NCBI GenBank assembly: GCA_964016885.1
Contig: OZ024744.1
Span: forward strand, 42,966,001 to 43,030,000
Direction: 5' to 3'
DNA: 64,000 nt
Origin: Eledone cirrhosa
Lineage: Eukaryota
Position numbers and translations under genes: made by a program. Of this stretch, positions 38,301 through 52,200 are shown one piece after another. The notes under the pieces are model-generated. The model did not search any database and had not been told where the DNA came from. It saw only the letters and a program-made list of their open reading frames with translations. Position 1 is the stretch's first letter, and each line of letters opens with the position of its first letter.

Positions 38301-41300
38301 TACATCTGTAGGTAGACAACATATAGTAATGTGTTAGAATGGCCTGATGTTATACCTCTGTAGGTAGACAACATATAGTAATGGGTTAGAGTGGTCTGAC
38401 GTTGTACCTCTGTCGGTAGACAACATATAGTAATGTACTAGAGTGGTATGATGTTGACCGTCTGTAGTTAGACCACATATAGTAATGTGTTAGAGTAGTC
38501 TGGTGTTGTACCTCTGTAGTTAGACAACATATAGTAATGTGTTAGAGTGGTATGATGTTGTACCTCTATAGTTAGACAACATATAGTAATGTGTAAGAGT
38601 GGTCTGACGTTGTACCTCTGTAGTTATACAACATATAGTAATGTGTAAGAGTGGTCTGACGTTGTACCTCTGTAGTTAGACAACTTATAGTAATGTGCTA
38701 GTGTGCTTTCATACCTCTATAGTTAAACAACATATAGTAATGTGTTAGACTGGTCTGACGTTATACCTCTATAGGTAGACAACATATAGTAATGTGTTAG
38801 TGTGTATGATAAGATACCTCCGTAGTTAGACAACATATAGCAATGTGTTAGACTGGTCTGACGTTTTACCACTGTAGTTAGACAACATATAGTAATGTGT
38901 TAGACATGTCTGGCGTTGTACTTCTGTAGGTAGACAACACATAGCAATGTATTAGACTGGTCTGATGTTATAAATCTGTAATTAGACATTATATAGTAAT
39001 GTGTTAGACTGGTCTGATGTGGTACCTCTGTAGGTAGACAACATATAAGAATGTGCTAGAGTGGTCTTACCTTGTACATCTGTAGTTAGACAACATATAG
39101 TGATGTGTTAGTGTGGTATGATGTTGTAACCTCATAGTTAGACAACATATGGCATTGTATTAGACAGGTGTGACGTTATACCTCTGTAGTTAGAAAACAT
39201 AGAGTAATGTGCTAGATTGGTCTGCTGTTGTACAGCTGTAGTTAGAGAACATATAGTAATGTGCTACAGTGGGCTGACGTTGTACCTCTGTAGTTAGACC
39301 ACATATAGTAATGTGTTAGTGTGGTGTGATGCGTCTGTAGTTAGACAACATATAGTAATCTGTTACACTGGTCTGATGTTATACCGCTGTAGGTAGACAA
39401 CATATAGTAATCTGTTACACTGGTCTGATGTTATACCGCTGTAGGTAGACAACATATAGTAATGTATTAGAGTGGTCTGATGTTGTACATCTGTAGTTAG
39501 ACAATATATAGTAATGTGCTAGACTGGTCTGACGTTATACCTCTGTAGTTAGACAACATATAGTAATATTCCAGAGTGGTCTGATGTTGTACTGCTGTAG
39601 TTAGACAACATATAGTAATGGGTTATAGTGGTCTGACGTTATACCTCTGTAGTTAGTCAACATATAGTAATGTGTTAGAGTTGTCTGACGTTGTACCTCT
39701 GTAGTTAGACAACATATAGTAAAGTGCTAGAGTGGTCTGATGTTGTATCTCTGTAGTTAGACAACATATAGTAAAGTGCTAGACTGGTCTGACGTTGTAC
39801 CTCTGTAGTTAGACAACATATAGTAAAGTGCTAGAGTGGTCTGATGTTGTACCCTCGTAGTTAGACAACATATAGCAATGTGTTAGACAGGTTTGCTGTT
39901 ATACCTCTGTAGTTAGAAAATATAGAGTAATATGCTAGATCGGACTGCTGTTGTACATCTGTAGTTAGACAACATAGAGCAACGTGTTAGACGGGTCTGA
40001 CGTTATATATCTGTAGTTAGAAAACATAGAGTAATGTGCTAGATTGGTCTGCTGTTGTACCGCTGTAGTTAGAGAACATATAATATTGTGCTAGAGTGGT
40101 CTGACATTGTACCTCTGTAGTTAGACAACATCTAGTAATGAACTACAGTGCTCTGACGTTGAACCTCTCTAGTTAGACAACATATAGTAATATGCTAGAG
40201 TGGTCTGATTTTGTACCTCTATAGTTAGACAACATATACTAATGGGCTAGAGTGGTCTGACGCTGTACCTCTGTAGTTACACCACATATAGTAATGTGTT
40301 AGTGTAGTCTGATACCTTTGTAGTTAGACACCATATAGTAATCTGTTACACTGGTCAGATGTTATACCTCTGTAGTTAGACAACATATAGTAATGTGTTA
40401 GAGTGGTCTGACGTTGTACCTCTGTACTTAGACCACATATAGTATTGTGTTAGAGTGTTCTGATACATCTTTAGTTAGCCAACATATAGTAATGTGTTAG
40501 AGTAGTCTGGTGTTGTACCTATGTAGTTAGACAACATATAGTAATGTGTTAGAGTGTTCTGATAACTCTGTAGTTAGACAAAATATAGTAATGTGTTAGA
40601 GTGGTCTGACGTTGTACCTCTGTAGTTAGACCACATATAGTAATGTGTTAGAGTGTTCTGATACCTCTGTAGTTAGCCAACATATAGTAATGTGTTAGAG
40701 TAGTCTGGTGTTGTACCTATGTAGTTAGACAACATATAGTAATGTGTTAGAGTGGTATCATGTTGTACCTCTATAGTTAGACAACATATAGTAACGTGTA
40801 AGAGTGGTCTGACGTTGTACCTCTGTAGTTAGACAACATATAGTAATGTGTTAGAGTGGTCTCACGTTGTACCTCTGTAGTTAGACAACATATAGTAATG
40901 TGCTAGAGTGCTTTCATACCTCTATAATTAAACAACATATAGTAATTTGTTAGACTGGTCTGACGTTATACCTCTATAGGTAGACAACATATAGTAATGT
41001 GTTAGTGTGTATGATAAGATACCTCCGTAGTTAGACAACATATAGCAATGTGTTAGACTGGTCTGACGTTTTACCACTGTAGTTAGACAACATATAGTAA
41101 TGTGCTGATACCTCTGTAGTTAGACAACATATAGTAATGTGTTAGACATGTCTGGGGTTGTACTTCTGTAGGTAGACAACACATAGCAATGTATTAGACT
41201 GGTCTGATATTATGTGCAAGAGTGGTCTGTCGTTGTACCTCTGTAGTGAGACAACATATAGTAATGTGTTAGTGTGGTCTGATGTTTTAACTATATAGTT

Positions 41301-44300
41301 AGACAACTTATAGTAATGTGTTAGACAGTTTTGACGTTATACCTCTGTAGTTAGACATCATATAGTATTGTGTTAACTTGTCTGCCGTTGTATCTCTGTA
41401 GTTAGACAACACATAGTAGTGTGTTAGACTGGTCTGACGTTATACCTCTATAGTTAGACAAAATATAGTAATGCGTTAGAGTGGTCTGATGTTATACATC
41501 TGTAGTTAGACAACATATAGTAATGTGTTAGAGTGGTTGAATGTTATAAATATGTAGTTAGACAACATATATTAATGTGCTAGTCTGATCTGACGTTGTA
41601 CCTCTGTAGTCAGACAACATATAGTAATGTGTTAGAGTAGTCTGACATTATACCTCTGTAGTTAGACAACATATAGTAATGTGTTAGAGTGGTCTGACGC
41701 TATACCTTTGTAGTTACACAATATATAGTAATTGGTTAGAATGGTCTGATGTTGCACCGCTGTAGGTAAGGAACATATAGTAATGTGCAAGAGTGGGCTG
41801 ACGTTGTACCTCTGTAGTTAGACAACATATAGTAATGTGTTAGAGAGTTCTGATACCTCTGTAGTTAGACAACATATAGTAATGTGTAAGATTTCGCTGA
41901 CGTTGTACCTCTGTAGTTAGACAACACATAGCAATGTATTAGACTGGTCTGACGTTATACCTTTGTAGTTATACAAAATAAAGTAATGCGTTAGAGTGGT
42001 CTGATGTTATACCTCTGTAGTTAGACAACATATAGTAATGTGTTAGAGTGCATTGATACCTCTGTCGTTAGACCACATATAGTAATGTGTTAGAGTGTTC
42101 TGATACCTCTATAGTTAGACAAGATATAGTAATGGGCTAGAATGGTCTGATGTTATACATCTGTAGTTAGACAACATTGTGTAAGAATGGTCTGATGTTA
42201 TACCTCTGTAGGTAGACAACATATAGTAATGGGTTAGAGTGGTCCGACGTTGTACCTCTGTAGCTAGACAACATATAGTAATGTGCTAGAGTGTTACGAT
42301 GTTGACCGTCTGTAGTTAGACCACATATAGTAATGTGTTAGAGTGTTCTGATACATCTGTAGTTAGCCAACATATAGTAATGTGTTAGAGTAGTCTGGTG
42401 TTGTACCTCTGTAGTTAGACAACATATAGTAATGTGTTAGAGTGGTCTGGCGTTGTTCCTATGTAGTTAGACAACTTATAGTAATGTGCTAGAGTGCTTT
42501 CATACCTCTATAGTTAAACAACATATAGTAATGTGTTAGACTGGTCTGACGTTATACCTCTATAGGTAGACAACATATATTAATGTGTTAGTGTGTATGA
42601 TAAGATACCTCCGTAGTTACACAACATATAGCAATGTGTTAGACTGGTCTGACGTTTTACCACTGTAGTTAGACAACATATAGTAATGTGTTAGACATGT
42701 CTGGCGTTGTACTTCTGTAGGTAGACAACATATAGCAATGTGTTAGACTGGTCTGACTTTTTACCACTGTAGTTAGACAACATATAGTAATGTGCTAGAG
42801 TGCATTGATACCTCTGTCGTTAGACCACATATAGTTAGAGTGTTCTGATACCTCTATAGTTAGACAAGATATAGTAATGGGTTAGAATGGTCTGATGTTA
42901 TACATCTGTAGGTAGACAACATATAGTAATGTGTTAGAATGGTCTGATGTTATACATCTGTAGGTAAACAACATATAGTAATGGGTTAGAGTGGACTGAC
43001 GTTGTACCTCTGTAGGTAGACAACATATAGTAATGTACTAGAGTGTATGATGTTGACCGTCTGTAGTTAGACCACATATAGTAATGTGTTAGAGTGTTCT
43101 GATACCTCTGTAGTTAGCCAACATATAGTAATGTGTTAGAATAGTCTGGTGTTGTACCTCTGTAGTTAGACAACATATAGTAATGTGTTAGATTGGTATG
43201 ATGTTGTACCTCTATAGTTAGACAACATATAGTAATGTGTAAGAGTGGTCTGACGTTGTACCTCTGTAGTTATACAACATATAGTAATGTGTTAGAGTGG
43301 TCTGACGTTGTACCTCTGTAGTTAGACAACTTATAGTAATGTGCTAGAGTGCTTTCATTCCTCTATAGTTAAACAACATATAGTAATGTGTTAGACTGGT
43401 CTGACGTTATACCTCTATAGGTAGACAACATATAATAACGTGTTAGTGTGTATGATAAGATACCTCCGTAGTTAGACAACATATAGCAATGTGTTAGACT
43501 GGTCTGACGTTTTACCACTGTAGTTAGACAACATATAGTAATGTGTTAGGCATGTTTGGCGTTGTACTTCTGTAGGTAGACAACACATAGCAATGTATTA
43601 GACTGGTCTGATATTATACCTCTGTAGTTAGACAAAATATAGTAATGGGTTAGAGTGGTGTGATGTTATACCTCTGTAGTTAGACAACATATAGTAATAT
43701 GCTAGAGTGGTGTGACGTTTTACCTCTGTAGTTAGACAACATGGAGTAATGTGCTGGATTGCTCTAACGTTGTACCTCTCTAGTTAAGCAGCATATAGTA
43801 TTGTGCTAGAGTGGTCTGCCGTTGTACGTCTGTAGTGAGAAAACATATAGTAATGAACTACAGTGGTCTGACGTTGAACCTCTTTAGTTAGATAATATAC
43901 AATAATGTGTTAGAGTGGTCTGACGTGTACATCTGTAGTTAGACAACAGACAGTAATGTGCTAGTGTGGTCTGATGATGTACCTACGTAGTTAGACAAAA
44001 ATATAGCAATGTGTTAGACTGGTCTGATGTTATACCTCTGTAGTTAGACAACATATAGTATTGTATTAGACTTGTCTGCCGTTGTACCCCTGTAGTTAGA
44101 CAACATATAGTAATGTGTTAGAGTGGTCTGATGTTATAAATCTGTAGTTAGACAACATATAGTAATGTGTTAGAGTGGTATGATGTACCTCTGTAGTTAG
44201 ATATCATATAGTAATGTGTTAGAATGGTCTAACGCTATACCTTTGTAGTTAAACAATATATAGTAATGGGTTAGAATGGCCTGATGTTGTACCGCTGTAG

Positions 44301-47300
44301 GTACGGAACATATAGTAATGTGCAAGACTGGGCTTACGTTGTACCTCTGTAGTTAGACAACATATAGTAATGTGTAAGATTTGGCTGACGTTGTACCTCT
44401 GTAGTTAGACAACACATAGCAATGTATTAGACTGGTCTGACGTTATACCTTTGTAGTTATACAAAATAAAGTAATGCGTTAGAGTGGTCTGATGTTATAC
44501 CTCTGTAGTTAGACAACATATAGTAATGTGTTAGAGTGTTCTGATACCTCTGTAGTTAGACAAAATATAGTAATGTGTTAGAGTGGTCTGGTGTTATACC
44601 TCTGTAGTTAGACAACATATAGTAGTGTGTTAGAGTGGTTTGACGTTGTACCTCTGTAGTTAGACAACATATAATAATGTGCTAAAGTGGTATGATGTTG
44701 TACCTCTATAGTTACACAACATATAGTAATGTGTAAGATTCGGCTAACGTTGTACCTCTGTAGTTAGACAACATATAGTAATCTGTTAGAGTGGTCTGAC
44801 ATTGTACCTCTGTAGTTAGACAACACATAGCAATGTATTAGACTGGTCTGGCGTTATACCTTTGTAGTTATACAAAATAAAGTAATGCGTTAGAGTGGTC
44901 TGATGTTATACCTCTGTAGTTAGACAACATATAGTAATATGTTAGAGTGCATTGATACCTCTGTCGTTAGACCACATGTAGTAATGTGTTAGAGTGTTCT
45001 GATACCTCTATAGTTAGACAAGATATAGTAATAGGTTAGAATGGTCTGATGTTATACATCTGTAGTTAGACAACATATGTGTTAGAATGGTCTAATGTTA
45101 TACATCTGTAGGTAGACAACATATAGTAATGTGTTAGAGTGGTCTGATGTTATACCTCTGTAGGTAGACAACACATAGTAATGGGTTAGAGTGGTCTGAC
45201 ATTGTACCTCTGTAGGTAGACAACATATAGTAATGTACTAGAGTGGTATGATGTTGACCGTCTGTAGTTAGACCACATATAGTAATGTGTTAGAGTGTTC
45301 TGATACCTCTGTAGTTAGCCAACATATAGTAATGTGTTAGAGTAGTCTGGTGTTGTACCTCTGTAGTTAGACAACATATAGTAATGTGTTAGAGTGGTAT
45401 GATGTTGTACCTCTATAGTTAGACAACATATAGTGATGTGTAAGAGTGGTCTGACGTTGTACCTCTGTAGTTATACAACATATATTAATGTGTTAGAATG
45501 GTCTGACGTTGTACCTCTGTAGTTAGATAACTTATAGTAATGTGCTAGAGTGCTTTCATACCTCTATAGTTAAACAACATATAGTAATGTGTTAGACTGG
45601 TCTGACGTTATACCTCTATAGGTAGACAACATATAGTAATGTGTTAGTGTGTATGATAAGATACCTACGTAGTTAGACAACATATAGCAATGTGTTAGAC
45701 TGGTCTGACGTTTTACCACTGTATTTAGACAACATATAGTAATGTGTTAGACATGTCTGGTGTTGTACTTCTGTAGGTAGACAACACATAGCAATGTATT
45801 AGACTGGTCTGATATTATACCTCTGTAGTTAGACAAAATATAGTAATGGGTTAGAGTGGTGTGATGTTATACCTCTGTAGTTAGATAACATATAGTAATA
45901 TGCTAGAGTGGTGTGACTTTTTACCTCTGTAGTTAGACAACATGGAGTAACGTGCTAGATTGTTCTAAAGTTGTACCTCTATAGTTAAGCAACATATAGT
46001 AATGAACTACAGTGGTCTGACGTTGAACCTCTCTAGTTAGATAATATACAGTAATGTGTTAGAGTGGGATGACGTGTACATCTGTAGTTAGACAACATAC
46101 AGTAATGTGCTAGTGTGGTCTGATGAGGTACCTACGTAGTTAGACAAAAATATAGCAATGTGTTAGACTGGTCTGATGTTATACCTCTGTAGTTAGACAA
46201 CATATAGTATTATATTAGACTTGTCTGCCGTTGTACCTATGTAGTTAGACAACATATAGTAATGTGTTAGAGTGGTCTGATGTTATAAATCTGTAGTTAG
46301 ATAACATATAGTAATGTGCTAGACTGGTCTAACGTTGTACCTGTGTAGTTAGACAACATATAGCAATATGTTAGAGTGGTCTGATGTTATACGTCTGTAG
46401 TTAGACCACATATAGTAATGTGTTAGAATGGTCTAATACCTCTAAAGTTAGACAACATATAGTAATGTGTTACACTGGTCTGATCTTATACCTCTGTATT
46501 GAGACCACATATAGTAGTGTGTTAGAGTGGTCTGACGTTGTACCTCTGTAGGTAGATAACATATAGTAATGTGTTAGTGTGGTCTGATACAGCTGCAGTT
46601 AGACAACATATAGTAATGTACTAGAGTGGCCTGACGTCATGCATCTGTAGTTAGACAACATATAGTAATGTGTTAGAGTGGTTTGAAGTTGTACCTCTGT
46701 AGTTAGACAACATATAGTAATATGCTAGAGTGGTATGATGTTATACCTCTGTAGTTAGACAACATAGAGAAATATATTAGAGTGGTCTGACGTTGTACAT
46801 CTGTAGTTCTACCACATATAGTAATATGCTAGAATGATCTGATGTTGTACCGCTGTAGTTAGAAAACATATAGTAATCTGTTAGAGTGGTCTGACATTGT
46901 ACCTCTGTAGTTAGCCAACACATAGCAATGTATTAGACTGGTCTGACGTCATACCTTTGTAGTTATACAAAATAAAGTAATGCGTTAGAGTGGTCTGATG
47001 TTATACCTCTGTAGTTAGACAACATATAGTAATATGTTAGAGTGCATTGATACCTCTGTCGTTAGACCACATGTAGTAATGTGTTAGAGTGTTCTGATAC
47101 CTCTATAGTTAGACAAGATATAGTAATGGGTTAGAATGGTCTGATGTTATACATCTGTAGTTAGACAAAATATGTGTTAGAATGGTCTGATGTTATACAT
47201 CTGTAGGTAGACAACATATAGTAATGTGTTAGAATGGCCTGATGTTATACCTCTGTAGGTAGACAACATATAGTAATGGGTTAGAGTGGTCTGACGTTGT

Positions 47301-49297
47301 ACCTCTGTCGGTAGACAACATATAGTAATGTACTAGAGTGGTATGATGTTGACCGTCTGTAGTTAGACCACATATAGTAATGTGTTAGAGTAGTCTGGTG
47401 TTGTACCTCTGTAGTTAGACAACATATAGTAATGTGTTAGAGTGGTATGATGTTGTACCTCTATAGTTAGACAACATATAGTAATGTGTAAGAGTGGTCT
47501 GACGTTGTACCTCTGTAGTTATACAACATATAGTAATGTGTAAGAGTGGTCTGACGTTGTACCTCTGTAGTTAGACAACTTATAGTAATGTGCTAGTGTG
47601 CTTTCATACCTCTATAGTTAAACAACATATAGTAATGTGTTAGACTGGTCTGACGTTATACCTCTATAGGTAGACAACATATAGTAATGTGTTAGTGTGT
47701 ATGATAAGATACCTCCGTAGTTAGACAACATATAGCAATGTGTTAGACTGGTCTGACGTTTTACCACTGTAGTTAGACAACATATAGTAATGTGTTAGAC
47801 ATGTCTGGCGTTGTACTTCTGTAGGTAGACAACACATAGCAATGTATTAGACTGGTCTGATGTTATAAATCTGTAATTAGACATTATATAGTAATGTGTT
47901 AGACTGGTCTGATGTGGTACCTCTGTAGGTAGACAACATATAAGAATGTGCTAGAGTGGTCTTACCTTGTACATCTGTAGTTAGACAACATATAGTGATG
48001 TGTTAGTGTGGTATGATGTTGTAACCTCATAGTTAGACAACATATGGCATTGTATTAGACAGGTGTGACGTTATACCTCTGTAGTTAGAAAACATAGAGT
48101 AATGTGCTAGATTGGTCTGCTGTTGTACAGCTGTAGTTAGAGAACATATAGTAATGTGCTACAGTGGGCTGACGTTGTACCTCTGTAGTTAGACCACATA
48201 TAGTAATGTGTTAGTGTGGTGTGATGCGTCTGTAGTTAGACAACATATAGTAATCTGTTACACTGGTCTGATGTTATACCGCTGTAGGTAGACAACATAT
48301 AGTAATCTGTTACACTGGTCTGATGTTATACCGCTGTAGGTAGACAACATATAGTAATGTATTAGAGTGGTCTGATGTTGTACATCTGTAGTTAGACAAT
48401 ATATAGTAATGTGCTAGACTGGTCTGACGTTATACCTCTGTAGTTAGACAACATATAGTAATATTCCAGAGTGGTCTGATGTTGTACTGCTGTAGTTAGA
48501 CAACATATAGTAATGGGTTATAGTGGTCTGACGTTATACCTCTGTAGTTAGTCAACATATAGTAATGTGTTAGAGTTGTCTGACGTTGTACCTCTGTAGT
48601 TAGACAACATATAGTAAAGTGCTAGAGTGGTCTGATGTTGTATCTCTGTAGTTAGACAACATATAGTAAAGTGCTAGACTGGTCTGACGTTGTACCTCTG
48701 TAGTTAGACAACATATAGTAAAGTGCTAGAGTGGTCTGATGTTGTACCCTCGTAGTTAGACAACATATAGCAATGTGTTAGACAGGTTTGCTGTTATACC
48801 TCTGTAGTTAGAAAATATAGAGTAATATGCTAGATCGGACTGCTGTTGTACATCTGTAGTTAGACAACATAGAGCAACGTGTTAGACGGGTCTGACGTTA
48901 TATATCTGTAGTTAGAAAACATAGAGTAATGTGCTAGATTGGTCTGCTGTTGTACCGCTGTAGTTAGAGAACATATAATATTGTGCTAGAGTGGTCTGAC
49001 ATTGTACCTCTGTAGTTAGACAACATCTAGTAATGAACTACAGTGCTCTGACGTTGAACCTCTCTAGTTAGACAACATATAGTAATATGCTAGAGTGGTC
49101 TGATTTTGTACCTCTATAGTTAGACAACATATACTAATGGGCTAGAGTGGTCTGACGCTGTACCTCTGTAGTTACACCACATATAGTAATGTGTTAGTGT
49201 AGTCTGATACCTTTGTAGTTAGACACCATATAGTAATCTGTTACACTGGTCAGATGTTATACCTCTGTAGTTAGACAACATATAGTAATGTGTTAGA
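29343..49297. repeat. Near-identical 8895-bp tandem duplication within the satellite (first copy carries an extra 2154 bp)
   Basis: Diagnostic variants recur at offset 11049 (GTCTGGGGTT 30101/41150; CATGGAG 32691/43740) and then at offset 8895 (CATGGAG 37046/45941; CTGGTCAGAT 40351/49246). 11049 = 8895 + 2154. Confidence 0.92.
31785..36137. repeat. 2154-bp tandem duplication within the satellite
   Basis: CATGGAG 32691/34845, GGTACGGAAC 33251/35405 and GATAAGATACC 32405/34559 all have offset 2154. Confidence 0.92.
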
Positions 49298-52200
49298 TTG
49301 GTCTGACGATGTACCTCTTTAGTTAGACAACATATAGTAATGTGCTAGTGTGGTCTGATGAGATACCTCCCTAGTTAGATAACATAGTAATGTGCTAGAA
49401 TGGCCTGACGTCCTTCCTCTGTAGTTAGACAACATATAGTAATGTACTAGGAGTTGTCCGATGTTGTATCTCTGTAGTTAGACAACATATAGTAATGTGC
49501 TAGAGGGGTCTGATACCTCTGTACTTAGACAACATTTAGTAATGTTTTACACTCGTTTGAGGTAATATCTCTCTAGTTAGACAACATAGAGTAATGTATT
49601 AGAGTGGTCTGACGTTGTACCTCTGTAGTTAGACAACATATAGTAATGTGTTAGAGTGGCTTGACATTATACTTCTGTAGTTAGACAACATATAGTAATG
49701 TGCTAGAGTGGTCTGACGTTATACCTCTGTAGTTAACCACATACAGCAATGTGTTAGTGAGGTCTGACACCTCTGTAATTAGACAACATATAGTAACGTG
49801 CTAGAGTGGTATGATATTGTACCTCTGTAGTTAGACAACATATTGTTGTGTTAGAGTGGTCTGACGTTGTACCTCTGTAGTTAGACAAAATATAGTAATA
49901 TGTTAGACTGGTCTGATCCTATACCTCAGTAGTTAGACAACATATAGTAATGTGTTAGACTGGTCTGACGTTATACCTCTATAGTTAGACAACATATAGT
50001 AATGTGTTAGAGTGGTCTAATGTGATACCTCTGTAGTTACACAACATAGTAATGTGCTAGACTGGCCTGACGTTGTACCGCTGTAGTTAGACAACATATA
50101 ATAATGTACTAGAGATGTCCGATGTTGTACCTCTGTAGTTAGACAACATTCATAGTAGTGTGTTAGAGTGGTCTGTCGTTGTACCTCTTTAGTTAGACAC
50201 CATATAGTGATGTGTTAGAGTGTTATGATGTTGTACCTCTGTAGTTAGACAACGAATAGTAATGTGTTAGAGTTGTCGGACGTTATACCTCTGTAGTTAG
50301 ACAACATATAGTAATGAACTACAGTGGTCTTCCGTTGAACCTCTCTAGTTAGATGACATACAGTAATGTGTTAGAGTGGTCAATCGTGTACCTCTTTCGT
50401 TAGACATCATAGAGTAATGTGCTAGAGTGGTCTGACCTTGTACATCTGTAGTTAGACAACATATAGGGATGTGTTAGTGTGCTATGATGTTGTAGCCTTA
50501 TAGTTAGACAACATATAGCAATGTATTAGACAGGTCTGAAGTTATACCTCTATTGTTAGACAACATATAGTAATGTGTTAGAGTGGTCTGATGTTGTACC
50601 TCTGTAGTTATACCACATATAGCAATGTGTTAGTGAGGTCTGACACCTATGTAGTTAGACAACATATAGTAATGTGTTACACCGGTCTGATGTTGTACCT
50701 CTGTAGGTACACAACATATAGTAATATGTTAGAGTGATCTGATGTTGTACCTCTGTTGTTAGACAACCTATAGTAATGTGTTAGAGTAGTCATATGTTGT
50801 ACCTCTGTAGGTAGACAATATATAGTAATGTGTTAGTGGGGTCTGATACCTCTGTAGTTAGACAACATATAGTAATATAGTTACACTGGTTTGATGTTAT
50901 ACCTCTGTAGTTAGAGAACATATAGTAATGTGCTAGAGTGGTCAGACGTTGTACCTCTGCAGTTAGACAACATATATTAATGAACTACAGTGATCTGACG
51001 TTGAACCTCTCTAGTTAGATAACATATATAATGTTAGACTGGTTTGACGTTATACCTCTGTAGTTAAACAACATATAGTAGTGTGTTAGAGTGGTCCGAC
51101 GTTGTACCTCCGTAGTTAGACAACATATAGTACTGAACTACAGTGGTCTGATGTTATACCTCTGTAGTTAGACAACATATAGTAATGTATTAGAGTGGTC
51201 TGATGTTGTACATCTGTAGTTAGACAATATATAGTAAGGTATTAGAGTGGTCTGATGTCGTACCTCTGTAGTTAGACAATATATAGTAATGGGTTAGAGT
51301 GGTCTGACGTTATACCTCTGTAGTTAGACAACATATAGTAATGTGCTAGTGTTGTCTGATGAGATACATCCGTAGTTAGACAACATATAGCATTGTGTTA
51401 GACTGGTTTGACGTTATACCTCTGTAGTTAGACAACATATATTAATGTGCTAGAGTGGTCTGACGCTGTACCTCTGTAGTTAGACAACATATAGTAAAGT
51501 GCTAGACTGGTCTGACGTTGTACCTCTGTAGTTAGACAACATATAGTAATGTGCTAGAGTGGTCTGACGCTGTACCTCTGTAGTTAGAGAACATATAGTA
51601 ATGTGCTAGAGTGCATTGATACCTCAGTAGTTAGACAACATATAGTAATGTTAGACTGGTCTGATGATATACCTCTATAGTTAGGCAACATATAGTAATG
51701 TGTTCGAGTTGTCTGATGTTGTATGTCTGTAGTTAGACAACCTATAATAATGTGTTAGAGTGGTCTGATGTTATTGATCTGTAGTTAGACAACATATAGT
51801 AATGTGTTAGAGTGTTCTGATGTCATATATCTGTAGTTAGACATCATAGTAATGTGCTAGACTGCCCCGACGTCGTACCTATGTAGTTAGACAACATATA
51901 GTAATGTGCTAGACTGGTCTGATGTTGTACATCTGTAGTTAGACAACCTATAGTAATGTGTTAGAGTGGTCAGATATTGTACCACTGTAGTTAGACACCA
52001 TATAGTAATATGTTAGAGTGGTCTGATTTTGTACCTCTCTAGGTAGACAATATATAGTAACGTGTTAGACTGGTTCGTTGTTATACTTCTGTAGTAAGAC
52101 AACATATAGTAATGTGTTAGAGTCATCTGATGTTACAAATCTGTAGTTAGGCAATATTGAGTAATCTGCTAGACTGGTCTGACACCCTACCTCCGTAGTT

